This document shows, piece after piece, positions 34,842-43,351 of a stretch of 64,000 bases of DNA. The position numbers and the translations under genes were made by a program. The stretch's first letter is position 1. Every line of letters begins with the position of its first letter. Source of the DNA: an uncultured Oscillospiraceae bacterium (GTDB lineage: Bacteria > Bacillota > Clostridia > Christensenellales > CAG-138); assembly GCA_964490325.1 (NCBI GenBank), contig CAZBBX010000002.1, positions 253-64,252 of the forward strand, in the 5' to 3' direction. The notes below the pieces were generated by a model. It ran no database searches. It was given only the letters and a program-made list of their open reading frames with translations, and was not told the DNA's origin.

Positions 34842-35291
34842 TCACTGGAATAGATCGCTGAGAAGAAAACGCCCATGCGTCCCCCCGTCTATATCGTGGA
34901 TCCACAGGATCATTCCGGGGAACTCACTTAAAATCAAGGCTGCGGCGTCCCCCGCTGCATCGGAGAGTCCAAATTCTTTTAGATCAACGTTGCTGCCACC
35001 AAGACTCCCAAGGAAAGAATTGGTTCCATCATTATAATAATCATAGATATACTGGTCGCAGGTTCCACTGTTTGCAATCAATATGCTTTCGTCGGCAACG
35101 CGTTGGAACAGGGAGCGAAGCTCTGCGTTCTCCCGAAAAACGTCAACAAAAGTAGTAACAGCAGCAGCAGCGGTATTTGTCGCGGCGACGGTTTGTGCGC
35201 TTGGCAGCGGATCGGTGCTGCCGCTCGGAGCAGAGCAGCCTATTGGGAACAAGATGGCTAATAGGAGAAGCAGCATCACGATCCTTTTCAT
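34842..35291 (-). CDS. Putative lipoprotein, apparently truncated by a frame change at a G6 run
   Basis: MKRIVMLLLLLAILFPIGC lipobox. The ORF stops 13 codons after a G6 tract (34882-34887). The +1 frame continues with protein-like sequence to 34697 (see finding). Confidence 0.55.
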   Translation of the reverse strand: MKRIVMLLLLLAILFPIGCSAPSGSTDPLPSAQTVAATNTAAAAVTTFVDVFRENAELRSLFQRVADESILIANSGTCDQYIYDYYNDGTNSFLGSLGGSNVDLKEFGLSDAAGDAAALILSEFPGMILWIHDIDGGTHGRFLLSDLFQ

Positions 35292-35452
35292 TTAGATCTA
35301 CCCCCTTTGCTATACAAAAATTTGGATCACGCGGGAATGCCTTCTTGTGCGTTTGATGCGCAGGCAGTTACAACAGTGGCCGCCAAGCCGTGTCCGTTTT
35401 GGAAAGTTCATCCTGCGGCGTCTCGATCACAGGATCCGGCGCGGCCTTCCTT

Positions 35453-36469
35453 CTACTTAAGAATCGGAAGATCGGTAAGGCTGTCGATGCCGATCAGGGG
35501 GATACCATTCCATTCGGTCTCTCCGCTTAACGCCCATTCGGATCGATAGTCGTTTAGATAGTATATTTGGAACCCGTCAGCAGCGTTTTGAAAGGCGGCG
35601 TCATCGAACAGGTTTGGCTTGCCGCAAAGGAAAACCGCCTGCTGCAGCCCCTGTGCAAGCCTAAAATCCTTGTATTGCACATTGACCCCGCTGCCGGTAA
35701 AAATAATGCGCTTGAGAGCTTCACCGAACATGCCGGAATCCTCGCTTTCCCCCGCATCCAGCTGTACGTTCGGCGGAAGGGTCAATTCCTCTATGGCGTT
35801 CAGATCAAAGACCAACTCATCGCAATACTTCAACCCCTTTGGTAAATGCAGCGTCTTCAGCTTGGAACAATGGTTGAATGCTCGATCCAATATGGACTGA
35901 AGAGAATCAGGCAGAAATATTTCCTCCACAACAGCATTGCCCATAAAAGCGCCGCTGACAGTTGTTATCCCTTCGGGCACATGAACAACAGCTGCGCTTG
36001 GTTCACAGTAGAGCAGAGTCTTCGTTGCGTTCTCGACCAAAAAGCCATCGCTATAGCTATACCAAGGGTTTCCCTCGTTCAGCAAAAGGCCTTGCGCTCC
36101 CTCCAGGGATCCGCTTGCAATGCTCTTTACGCTTTTGGGGATCGAAACGCTAAGAAGCAGGGCTTGTGTCGTCAGAAGCCCTTGAGCGGGGATCGCGCTG
36201 ACGCCTTCCTGCAGGACAATGGTAACGGGTTTTCCTTTGATCCATTCCAAACAGGAGAACTGTTCATCTGTCCACGCCTTTAGCCCCTCGTCGGAAAGGA
36301 TGGATAGGCTGCAGTCTTGGTATAGTGTCCAGTCCGTTCCCGCGCAAACAGCAGGGTTTGCCACCATGCTGTCAACGTCACTTGGTTTTGTTGAACTACA
36401 TGAGAGCAGCAGAACCGCCAATAGGAATACCGTAAGACACACAGTATCTCTTTTTATCATGATCATCAC
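35453..36469 (-). CDS. Lipoprotein with BspA-type leucine-rich repeats
   Basis: MMIMIKRDTVCLTVFLLAVLLLSC lipobox. Repeats of the type IPKSVKSIASGSLEG, VPEGITTVSGAFMGNAVVEEIFLPDSLQSILDRAFNHCSKLKTLHLPKGLKY. Confidence 0.65.
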   Translation of the reverse strand: MMIMIKRDTVCLTVFLLAVLLLSCSSTKPSDVDSMVANPAVCAGTDWTLYQDCSLSILSDEGLKAWTDEQFSCLEWIKGKPVTIVLQEGVSAIPAQGLLTTQALLLSVSIPKSVKSIASGSLEGAQGLLLNEGNPWYSYSDGFLVENATKTLLYCEPSAAVVHVPEGITTVSGAFMGNAVVEEIFLPDSLQSILDRAFNHCSKLKTLHLPKGLKYCDELVFDLNAIEELTLPPNVQLDAGESEDSGMFGEALKRIIFTGSGVNVQYKDFRLAQGLQQAVFLCGKPNLFDDAAFQNAADGFQIYYLNDYRSEWALSGETEWNGIPLIGIDSLTDLPILK

Positions 36470-36499
36470 CCCTTTCGATCTATCATGGAAAGGCTTTCG

Positions 36500-36565
36500 C
36501 TACTCGAACGTGATCGTTATCTTTGTGACCATAGCATATAGGGACGGTTCGTCTGTGTTGTACAT
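36500..36565 (-). CDS. Candidate 21-codon upstream ORF (MYNTDEPSLYAMVTKITITFE)
   Basis: GGGAGG lies exactly 10 nt before the ATG at 36565. The first eight codons resemble the sORF at 37597-37656. There is no other support. Confidence 0.3.
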   Translation of the reverse strand: MYNTDEPSLYAMVTKITITFE

Positions 36566-36575
36566 ACCTTTGTTT

Positions 36576-36650
36576 CCTCCCGTTTCTGTTCTCGCTTGAT
36601 AATAGCATTTCCCCTGCACCGCCGTTTTGTTGGCAGGGAGGAGCCGTCCC
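36576..36650 (-). repeat. Conserved cassette-junction module, copy A
   Basis: A block cccctgcaccgccg..tgttggcaggga..agc (with the CCCTGC/GCAGGG hairpin at 36612-36638) lies 30 nt from a GGGAGGAA SD. Copy B at 37667-37741 has the same layout. Confidence 0.55.
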
Positions 36651-36823
36651 GGTGTGCCTTAAGCAGGCTTGTCATCGGCTTTTCGGAGCGCAAGCAAAAA
36701 GTTGAAAGTCCCTATGTGTATTGTACAACATCCCGTCCTGATGCGTCAATGCGTTTTTAGGGGGCACCGCCTTGACTGTTGCAGCGCAGGCGGCGAAGGT
36801 GCTGCCGTTATCGGCGCTGCAGT

Positions 36824-37600
36824 TCACGGAAAAAGCGGCACCCCCTCGTCATTTGTGATGCTTTGTATGTTCGTCAATCCCTCCGTGGAAGCCAAATACA
36901 CCCGATACCCGCACGCATCGTCCGCCTCTGCCGTTAAGTACTCCTCGTCATCTTTCTGAACGGACAGAAAGTCCCGAAAAGAAATACATCCCACGGATAC
37001 GAGCATGTCGATCTCATCCATTAGGAACTGAGCATCCTCAAGTGATACCTCTAAGCACTCTGAAAGCGGCGCCGCACTGTTCGCTCGCATACGGGTACTG
37101 TAGCGATAGTCGCGTTGATCGGGAGCGGAAAGATAGATCGTTGTGCCCTGCCGCCTTATATACGTTATATGGATCCTGCTTTTGTCTTTTGTCAATGTGC
37201 CTGCAAGCTGATAGGTCTCTTTGGCGAAGTCAAGCTCCAATTTCCAGAGAAATTGCCGAACTTCACCATCCAATGTTACAGGCTCCAACTCACACAAGCC
37301 GAGCGTTTCAGCATCTTCCGGTTTGAACGGGATACTTCCCGCTTTTTGCAGGAGTTCCATCTCTAATTTTAGTTGCAGCATCACCCGATCACTAGCTTCC
37401 AAAGATTCCATAATAAGCGGAATTACAGTATCATTTTGCTTTGTTTCCGCATTGCTGCCCTGCCAGTCATCTGCAGATCCTTGTTCTGAATCGTTTGCAG
37501 TCGCAGGAGCAGTCGCTTTATCTATTGCGTCATCATCTGCTCTTGTGCAGCTGCAAGCAACGGTTGCCAAAATACAGATGGTCAGCAACAAGTATTTCAT
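36824..37600 (-). CDS. Putative lipoprotein, no recognisable family
   Basis: MKYLLLTICILATVACSC lipobox. The ATG at 37598-37600 overlaps the stop of the upstream sORF (ATGA). The ORF-track start at 37630 adds 10 residues. Confidence 0.6.
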   Translation of the reverse strand: MKYLLLTICILATVACSCTRADDDAIDKATAPATANDSEQGSADDWQGSNAETKQNDTVIPLIMESLEASDRVMLQLKLEMELLQKAGSIPFKPEDAETLGLCELEPVTLDGEVRQFLWKLELDFAKETYQLAGTLTKDKSRIHITYIRRQGTTIYLSAPDQRDYRYSTRMRANSAAPLSECLEVSLEDAQFLMDEIDMLVSVGCISFRDFLSVQKDDEEYLTAEADDACGYRVYLASTEGLTNIQSITNDEGVPLFP

Positions 37601-37656
37601 ACAGGTTTCATGGTATCCTTTGCCGTGCATGATGACGGTTTACTTGTGTTAAGCAT
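37597..37656 (-). CDS. Candidate 19-codon upstream ORF (MLNTSKPSSCTAKDTMKPV)
   Basis: GGGAGG lies exactly 10 nt before the ATG at 37656. Its stop overlaps the lipoprotein start codon (ATGA). Confidence 0.3.
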   Translation of the reverse strand: MLNTSKPSSCTAKDTMKPV

Positions 37657-37666
37657 TTTACCGCTT

Positions 37667-37741
37667 CCTCCCTTTTGTTGAATCTGGCCACAATGAACGT
37701 TCCCTGTACCGCCGCTCCTGTCGGCAAGGATAAGCTGCTCA
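37667..37741 (-). repeat. Conserved cassette-junction module, copy B
   Basis: tccctgtaccgccg..tgtcggcaagga..agc lies 30 nt from the GGGAGGAA SD. In the first 14 nt of the block, 12 match copy A. Confidence 0.55.
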
Positions 37742-37758
37742 CCTATGCTGTATACAGG

Positions 37759-38841
37759 TCACGGCTCATGAGTCTGCTCTGATCTTGGAGTGATTTTCGG
37801 GTTTGAAAGCAGTATTGCAAGAAGCAGTGCTGCAAGCGGAAGGACAGCCATAAGCAGCAGCGCCAACTTTTGATAGTTGTTTTGCACATAAAACAGCCCA
37901 TATCGGATGAGCTTTGCGCATTGGATACTTATCAGCGCCAATGCAAACACCGCCGTTGTGATCCCAAGGAAGATGCGCCTTGCTTTTGTCCTATCCCGCG
38001 CTGTCAGCAAGGCCGCAGCCACACTTACTATACAGCAAGCGCCCACCAGCCAGTATTCTTTTTCCTTTTCCATACAGGATATGGTAAGCATCCTGTAAAG
38101 TATGGTAACAAGACAGATTCCCAAAACAGTCATCCATACGATCCGAAGGGGCAACGCCGTTTTCTTTTCATGCTGTTTCCTTGTCCTCAGGTATATGCAC
38201 AAGGCCAACAGGGTCACAATGCCCGTACCCATAATTACGCCGAGTATCCAAAGGTCTCTTGCAAAAACAGCCTTTTCCAATTGTGTTTTTGTATTTACAG
38301 TGAGGGGATACACGCCTTTCCCTGTCTGCAAATTCGGTAAGTATATTCCTGTGCCCGGCAGGTAGGACAGATCAAAAATATAGGTCTTATCCGGCTGTGT
38401 CGAATACTTCATCTTGATCCAGAATACATCTGCATCATCGTGCATATCTCCAAAGTACACTACACAATTATCTGTTGGATCGAAAGCCCAAACTGCTCCG
38501 TTGCGTTCGCAATCCTCTGCGGCGCCCAGCATTAGCAGCTGAAGCTCCAAAAGCGTGTCAGTATCCTTGATCGAATGCCCATTTACCGTACAGCTGATCG
38601 GCACAGACACAGCGGTAATGCTGTCGGTCGGGGTGTCCCCTATGTCGTTGACCAAAACATCCGTCATAGGATCGAATACATCCTGTCCAATAGTTGTTGT
38701 TTTTCCCAACTGAGTTCCGTCATCACTCAAAACAACGGTGCTGCTGCAATCGTTGTCATAGAGAGTTTGCTCGTTCTTCGGTATACAGGAGCATAGGAAT
38801 GCCGCAAGTATACAACAGCTTATAAGCATCTGCCTGCGCAT
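37759..38841 (-). CDS. Lipoprotein-like N-terminal domain fused to a C-terminal polytopic membrane domain
   Basis: AGGAGG lies 9 nt before the ATG at 38841. MRRQMLISCCILAAFLCSC. The C-terminal third has 4-5 hydrophobic helices (ILGVIMGTGIVTLLALCIY.., IVWMTVLGICLVTILY.., LVGACCIVSVAAALL.., FLGITTAVFALALISI.., LALLLMAVLPLAALLLAILL). Confidence 0.6.
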   Translation of the reverse strand: MRRQMLISCCILAAFLCSCIPKNEQTLYDNDCSSTVVLSDDGTQLGKTTTIGQDVFDPMTDVLVNDIGDTPTDSITAVSVPISCTVNGHSIKDTDTLLELQLLMLGAAEDCERNGAVWAFDPTDNCVVYFGDMHDDADVFWIKMKYSTQPDKTYIFDLSYLPGTGIYLPNLQTGKGVYPLTVNTKTQLEKAVFARDLWILGVIMGTGIVTLLALCIYLRTRKQHEKKTALPLRIVWMTVLGICLVTILYRMLTISCMEKEKEYWLVGACCIVSVAAALLTARDRTKARRIFLGITTAVFALALISIQCAKLIRYGLFYVQNNYQKLALLLMAVLPLAALLLAILLSNPKITPRSEQTHEP

Positions 38842-38975
38842 TAGTCTTGCCCTCCTAAAATATGAGATCTTCACGTTTTCCACCGTATGCAAGCCCTCGC
38901 AGCATCCTTCGATCACAAGTGTCAAAGAGGGTGGGTTTGCTCTTCCCTGCATCCTGTCCGAAAGTACAGCCTCTT

Positions 38976-39577
38976 TCAGTCTGACGGCAATGTAAGCGAA
39001 TAGGCAGTATTCGCCAAGGTAAAGTTCACCGTCATGTCGGCGGCCTCATCGCAGCCGTCCAACAGCGCACCATATGCATAGATCGCCTCGGATCCGGTCA
39101 CAAGTCTCGGCATGCGGCCGCCCGAATAGTTGAGGCTGCTGTGCTCCAAAACCGTTGCCTCCCCCTCGAAGGGGCATCCGTCCGCCAACACTATACACCA
39201 ATAGCTTCCGGCCCGCTTCACAAGGCAGGTGCTAAGCTCCATCGTCTGCGGGACTGCTTCTTCCGTGATCGTCACGGACATTTCGCTTTTGCGGATCGTC
39301 CATGAAGCGGCGATCCCGCCACACATGATATAGTAGTCGTCTTTGTCCCACAGCAAATAGTTTAGATCGCTCCGCTTATCGGGAACCAAGCAGATTTGCT
39401 TATCACTGTTGGTATCGGCCTTTTCTTGATAGCTGCTCGGCAGCGCCTCGTAGCCTGAATGCTGCTTCGCAGTGACGCAGTTACCGTTAAGAAGATAGAA
39501 CGTGGCAACTCAACGATAATAACTATGGAAAAGAGGAGAAGAACTGCACGTAGTTTCTTGGGTTTTCTTTGATCCAT
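38976..39577 (-). pseudogene. Frame-disrupted secreted/lipoprotein gene (first gene of the array)
   Basis: AGGAGG plus ATG at 39577 gives MDQRKPKKLRAVLLLFSIVIIV, after which the reading becomes non-protein-like up to the stop at 39362. The other frame is open from about 39505 (..ATFYLLNGNCVTAKQHSGYEALPSSYQEK..) through to 38976, with no ATG or SD of its own. Confidence 0.5.
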
Positions 39578-39633
39578 GCTGCCTCCTTTTTGCGTTTGCA
39601 GATCGAATGCAGTCGATCATGTGATCTGACCAT

Positions 39634-39662
39634 ATTTTACAGTTTAAGTCTACATCTGTCAA
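39634..39662 (-). promoter_or_regulatory. Near-consensus sigma-A promoter of the lipoprotein array
   Basis: Minus strand TTGACA (39657-39662), 17 nt, TAAAAT (39634-39639), about 55 nt upstream of the ATG at 39577. Confidence 0.65.
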
Positions 39663-39791
39663 CAAAATGTAATGTTATATATAGCGATACGGCGGATGGC
39701 TTGCTGATCCGTCTCGATCTTCTTTCTCAATGTGGTTTTCCTTTGAATGTGTGGTACAATGGTTCAAACGGATGAACGAAAGGCGGCAGAT

Positions 39792-40145
39792 ATGGAGCAC
39801 GCGGAGATCGCCGCGCTTGCGGAGGAATTTAAAGCAGCGCAAAAGGTGCTTGTGGCGCTTGGCGATGAGAACCGTCAGCACCTGCTGTTGAAGATGATGC
39901 AGATGGGCGAATGCAGGGGCGTTCGCGTAGGCGAGATCACCAAGCGGACGCATCTATCCCGTCCCGCTGTGTCGCATCATTTGCAGATCCTCAAGGATGC
40001 GGGCGTTATCGAAATGCGCAAGGAAGGCACCAGGAACTACTATTATTTTGGATCCGAAGCTGCGTCGCTTGATGCGCTGTTACGTATGCTGCTGCATGTG
40101 CAGCACGTCATGGCGATGCTGCCGGATCGGAGCGACCCTTTATGA
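39792..40145 (+). CDS. ArsR/SmtB-family transcriptional regulator
   Basis: ENRQHLLLKMMQ..VRVGEITKRTHLSRPAVSHHLQILKDAGVIEMRKEGTRNYYY. The start is uncertain (39747, 39759 or 39792). Confidence 0.8.
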   Translation: MEHAEIAALAEEFKAAQKVLVALGDENRQHLLLKMMQMGECRGVRVGEITKRTHLSRPAVSHHLQILKDAGVIEMRKEGTRNYYYFGSEAASLDALLRMLLHVQHVMAMLPDRSDPL

Positions 40146-40951
40146 TACGGCTGCACATCTTTCATACGGGCAGCGTCAGGGTAGATCGCGCCATTCCCTG
40201 CCACGAAAGAAATCCGCTAGCGCTGACGGGCTTTTTGCGAGGCAAGGACAAGAAGCTGACGCTCCCCGTTTCCTGTTATCTGATCGAACATCCAAAGGGA
40301 AGACTGCTCCTTGACACGGGCTTCGACACGAAGTACGCCACGGAAAGGCCGCGCCGCTTTTGCGGACTGTTGGATCGCATCAGCGCCCCCGTTATAAGAG
40401 CCAATGAGGGTGTCGACGATAAGCTGCGGGCATTGGGTCTTTGTCCGTCCGACATCGACGCTGTGTACTTCAGCCATTTGGACTTTGACCATACGAGCGG
40501 CGTTCCCCTTGTGTCTGAGGCAAAGCGCTTCTTCGCCGCAGCAGAGGAGCTGAAGGACGCCGACCGTTACTTTTTCCGCTATGTAAAGTCGACTTGGCGA
40601 GGTGTAAACATCGAACCGTTTGTCTTTGAGCGCAGCGGGATAGGCCCCGTTGGAAGATCCTTCGATGTGTTTGGCGACGGCAGCGTGCTGTTGGTGAGCA
40701 CGCCCGGGCATTCCCATGGGCATTGCAGCGCAAAGATCACGGGAGCGGATGGCAGATATGTGCTCCTTACGGGCGACTGCGTGTATACAAAGCGCTCGAT
40801 CGAAGAAGGCGTCCTCCCCGGCCTCATGGTGGACGAGGAGCTTGCAAGAAAGTCTGTGGATTGGGTCTGTGCCTGTGCCAAGGATGCTGCCTGTCGGCTC
40901 ATCGCACCCAACCATGACCCACAAACGGCAGAACAAACGATAGAACTATAG
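40142..40951 (+). CDS. MBL-fold hydrolase, N-acyl-homoserine-lactonase-like
   Basis: YLIEHPKGRLLLDTG..FSHLDFDHTSG (an HxDxDH variant of HxHxDH)..STPGHSHGH..LTGD. It overlaps the arsR-like stop (ATGA). Confidence 0.7.
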   Translation: MIRLHIFHTGSVRVDRAIPCHERNPLALTGFLRGKDKKLTLPVSCYLIEHPKGRLLLDTGFDTKYATERPRRFCGLLDRISAPVIRANEGVDDKLRALGLCPSDIDAVYFSHLDFDHTSGVPLVSEAKRFFAAAEELKDADRYFFRYVKSTWRGVNIEPFVFERSGIGPVGRSFDVFGDGSVLLVSTPGHSHGHCSAKITGADGRYVLLTGDCVYTKRSIEEGVLPGLMVDEELARKSVDWVCACAKDAACRLIAPNHDPQTAEQTIEL

Positions 40952-40962
40952 GAGGTTCCATA

Positions 40963-41628
40963 ATGACTGTCATGGAAGCAATGGAAGCGCGCCACGCGGT
41001 GCGCAGTTACTCGGACAAAAGGATCGAAGGCGAAGTGCTTGCACAGCTGCAGGCGGCGATCGACGATGTAAATGCAAGAAGCGGCCTGCATTTTCAGCTC
41101 TGTACGGACGAGCCGGAGGCTTTTCAAGCGGGAAAGGCTCACTACGGCAGCTTTGAAAACTGCCGCAATTACATTGCAGTCGTTGCAAAGCCCGACACCG
41201 ATGAGGCCTGCGGCTATTTTGGCGAGGAACTGGTGCTGCTTGCGCAGAGCTTGGGGTTGAACTCCTGCTGGGTCGTGCTGACCTTCAAGAAGGGCAAGGC
41301 CAAGTATGTGTGCAGTGATGGTGAACGCCTGCGCTGCGTGATCGCGCTGGGCTACGGCACGACGCAGGGCACCCCGCACAAGAGCAAGCCCATGGAGACG
41401 CTCTGCAAGGTGGAGGGTGAAACGCCAAGCTGGTTTGTCAGCGGCATGAAGGCCGCCCTGCTTGCCCCCACCGCCGTCAACCAGCAGAAGTTCCTGTTCA
41501 CCCTTGCGGACGGCAAGGTCACGGCAAAACCGCTTGCATCGATCTTTGGCAATACAAAACTCGACCTGGGTATCGTAAAGTATCACTTTGAGCTGGGCGC
41601 GGGAACGGATAACTTCCGTTGGGCGTGA
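40963..41628 (+). CDS. Nitroreductase-family protein
   Basis: MEAMEARHAVRSYSDKRIEGEV..APTAVNQQKF. Confidence 0.75.
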   Translation: MTVMEAMEARHAVRSYSDKRIEGEVLAQLQAAIDDVNARSGLHFQLCTDEPEAFQAGKAHYGSFENCRNYIAVVAKPDTDEACGYFGEELVLLAQSLGLNSCWVVLTFKKGKAKYVCSDGERLRCVIALGYGTTQGTPHKSKPMETLCKVEGETPSWFVSGMKAALLAPTAVNQQKFLFTLADGKVTAKPLASIFGNTKLDLGIVKYHFELGAGTDNFRWA

Positions 41629-41732
41629 CGCGGCTAAAGGATCGAAAAGGGGCTGGGCCCCTGTTGGCTTAGTCCGTCAAAGGACTCGGACTTTTGAGGG
41701 AGGGTCTGTTTGCCGGCAATAAATATGTTGCC

Positions 41733-41771
41733 AAAAAATCGGAGCGCCTTGCAGCTTGTGCCAGGCGCTCC
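41733..41771 (-). terminator. Intrinsic terminator after the aminopeptidase gene
   Basis: Minus strand GGAGCGCC-tggcacaagctgcaa-GGCGCTCC followed by GATTTTTTGG. Confidence 0.7.
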
Positions 41772-41788
41772 GTTATCTCTATATGCGT

Positions 41789-43180
41789 TTACGCATTCAG
41801 CATGAACACGCGATACGCCTTGGCTGCCTCATACAGGTCAGCCTTGCTGATGATCTCATACGGCGCGTGCATGGACAGCACGGCTACGCCGCTGTCGATG
41901 ACCTCCATGCCGTAGCGCGCACAGATGTACGCGATGGTGCCGCCGCCGCCTTGATCGACCTTGCCAAGCTCCGCCGTTTGGAAGCAGACGCCTGCCTCGT
42001 CCAGTATCCCGCGCACCAGCGCCATGTATTCGGCGTTTGCATCGTTGGAGCCGGATTTGCCTCTGGCTCCCGTATACTTGTTGAAGCACACGCCGCGTCC
42101 CAAGAAGGCGCTGTTCTTTTTCTCGAAGGCGGAAGCAAAGTTGGGGTCGAAGCCTGCGCTCACATCGCAGGAGAGCATACGGCAGTTTGCCAGCGCACGC
42201 CTAAGCTTCAGCGCGCTCTCCTCCCCTGCCAGCGCCATCAGCTCCGCCACCGCGTTTTCAAAGTACACAGCCTGCATACCCGTAGCGCCTACGCTGCCGA
42301 TCTCCTCCTTGTCCGCAAAGACGCAGCAGCAGCTTTTACGCGGAACAGCTTGAATGCCGAACAATGCGTCCATGGCCGCAAATGCGCAGACGCGGTCGTC
42401 GTGTCCGTAGCCAAGGATCATGCTGCGATCCAGTCCAAGCTCCCGTGCACGACCCGCAGGGACCATTTCGATCTCGGCAGAAAGGAAATCTTCCTCGTCA
42501 AAGCCGTATTTCTCCTTGAGAAGCGCGGCGATGTTGGCACGGAAGGGCTCCTTTTCGCAGTCCTTGAGCGGCTTGCCGCCCACGATGACATTCAGCTCCT
42601 CGCCGCCGATGAACTCGACAGCTTTCTTTTGCAGCTGCTCTGCGGACAGATGCACCAATAGATCGCTGATGGTCAGCACAGGATCGCTTTCGTCCTCGCC
42701 GATTACGACGGAGATCTTCGTGCCGTCCTTTTTGACGATGACGCCATGCAGTGCCAGCGGAATGGTCACCCACTGATACTTCTTGATGCCGCCATAGTAA
42801 TGCGTGTCCAGATAGACAAGGTCGCCATCCTCGTACAAGGGGTTCTGCTTGAGATCCAAACGCGGAGAATCGATGTGTGCGCCAACGATGTTCATGCCGT
42901 TTTCCAACGGTTCACTGCCAATGATGAACAGCAGGATGGCCTTGCCCATGTGATCAAGATAGATCCGCTCACCCGCCGCAAGCGCCTTGCCGCTTGCAAT
43001 TCGGCTTTCAAGCGAAACATAGCCCAAGCTCTCTGCCTTTTGAACGGCTAAGGCCGTGCATTCCCGTTCGGTCTTTCCGCCGTCCAAAAAGCTGCGGTAC
43101 CGCTTGCTTAGCTCTTCCAGCTCCGTAAGCGCCGCAGCGTCATACTTTTTCCATGCGTTTTCACGTTCCATATCGCTCAT
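41789..43180 (-). CDS. M18-family aminopeptidase
   Basis: GGAAGG lies before the ATG at 43180. MSDMERENAWKKY..GAHIDSPRLDLKQNPLYEDGDLVYLDTHYYGGIKKYQW..GYGHDDRVC..FADKEEIGS..VLSMHAPYE. Confidence 0.8.
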   Translation of the reverse strand: MSDMERENAWKKYDAAALTELEELSKRYRSFLDGGKTERECTALAVQKAESLGYVSLESRIASGKALAAGERIYLDHMGKAILLFIIGSEPLENGMNIVGAHIDSPRLDLKQNPLYEDGDLVYLDTHYYGGIKKYQWVTIPLALHGVIVKKDGTKISVVIGEDESDPVLTISDLLVHLSAEQLQKKAVEFIGGEELNVIVGGKPLKDCEKEPFRANIAALLKEKYGFDEEDFLSAEIEMVPAGRARELGLDRSMILGYGHDDRVCAFAAMDALFGIQAVPRKSCCCVFADKEEIGSVGATGMQAVYFENAVAELMALAGEESALKLRRALANCRMLSCDVSAGFDPNFASAFEKKNSAFLGRGVCFNKYTGARGKSGSNDANAEYMALVRGILDEAGVCFQTAELGKVDQGGGGTIAYICARYGMEVIDSGVAVLSMHAPYEIISKADLYEAAKAYRVFMLNA

Positions 43181-43351
43181 CCTTCCGTTTTTCTTTTTTC
43201 CGCCTGCCTGCGGAACGGTCTTCCCCGATACTGTACCATGCCGCCAAAGATTTAGCAAGATACTTGCCAAAATGTCAAAAAAATAGTTGTGCCGTGATTT
43301 ACAAATGCACATTTATGCGCTATACTGTATAAAAAAAGGAGGCTCGCTTGC

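Noticed and set aside
31802-39662. Interpreting the lipoprotein island as a prophage, ICE or transposon.
   Set aside because: I see no integrase, recombinase, transposase, phage structural or conjugation genes, and no flanking direct or inverted repeats. The nearest tRNA (43938-44013) is 4 kb away, with unrelated genes in between.
40579-41586. 335-aa minus-strand ORF spanning the MBL and nitroreductase genes.
   Set aside because: It crosses an intergenic gap between two well-supported plus-strand genes and has no recognisable features.
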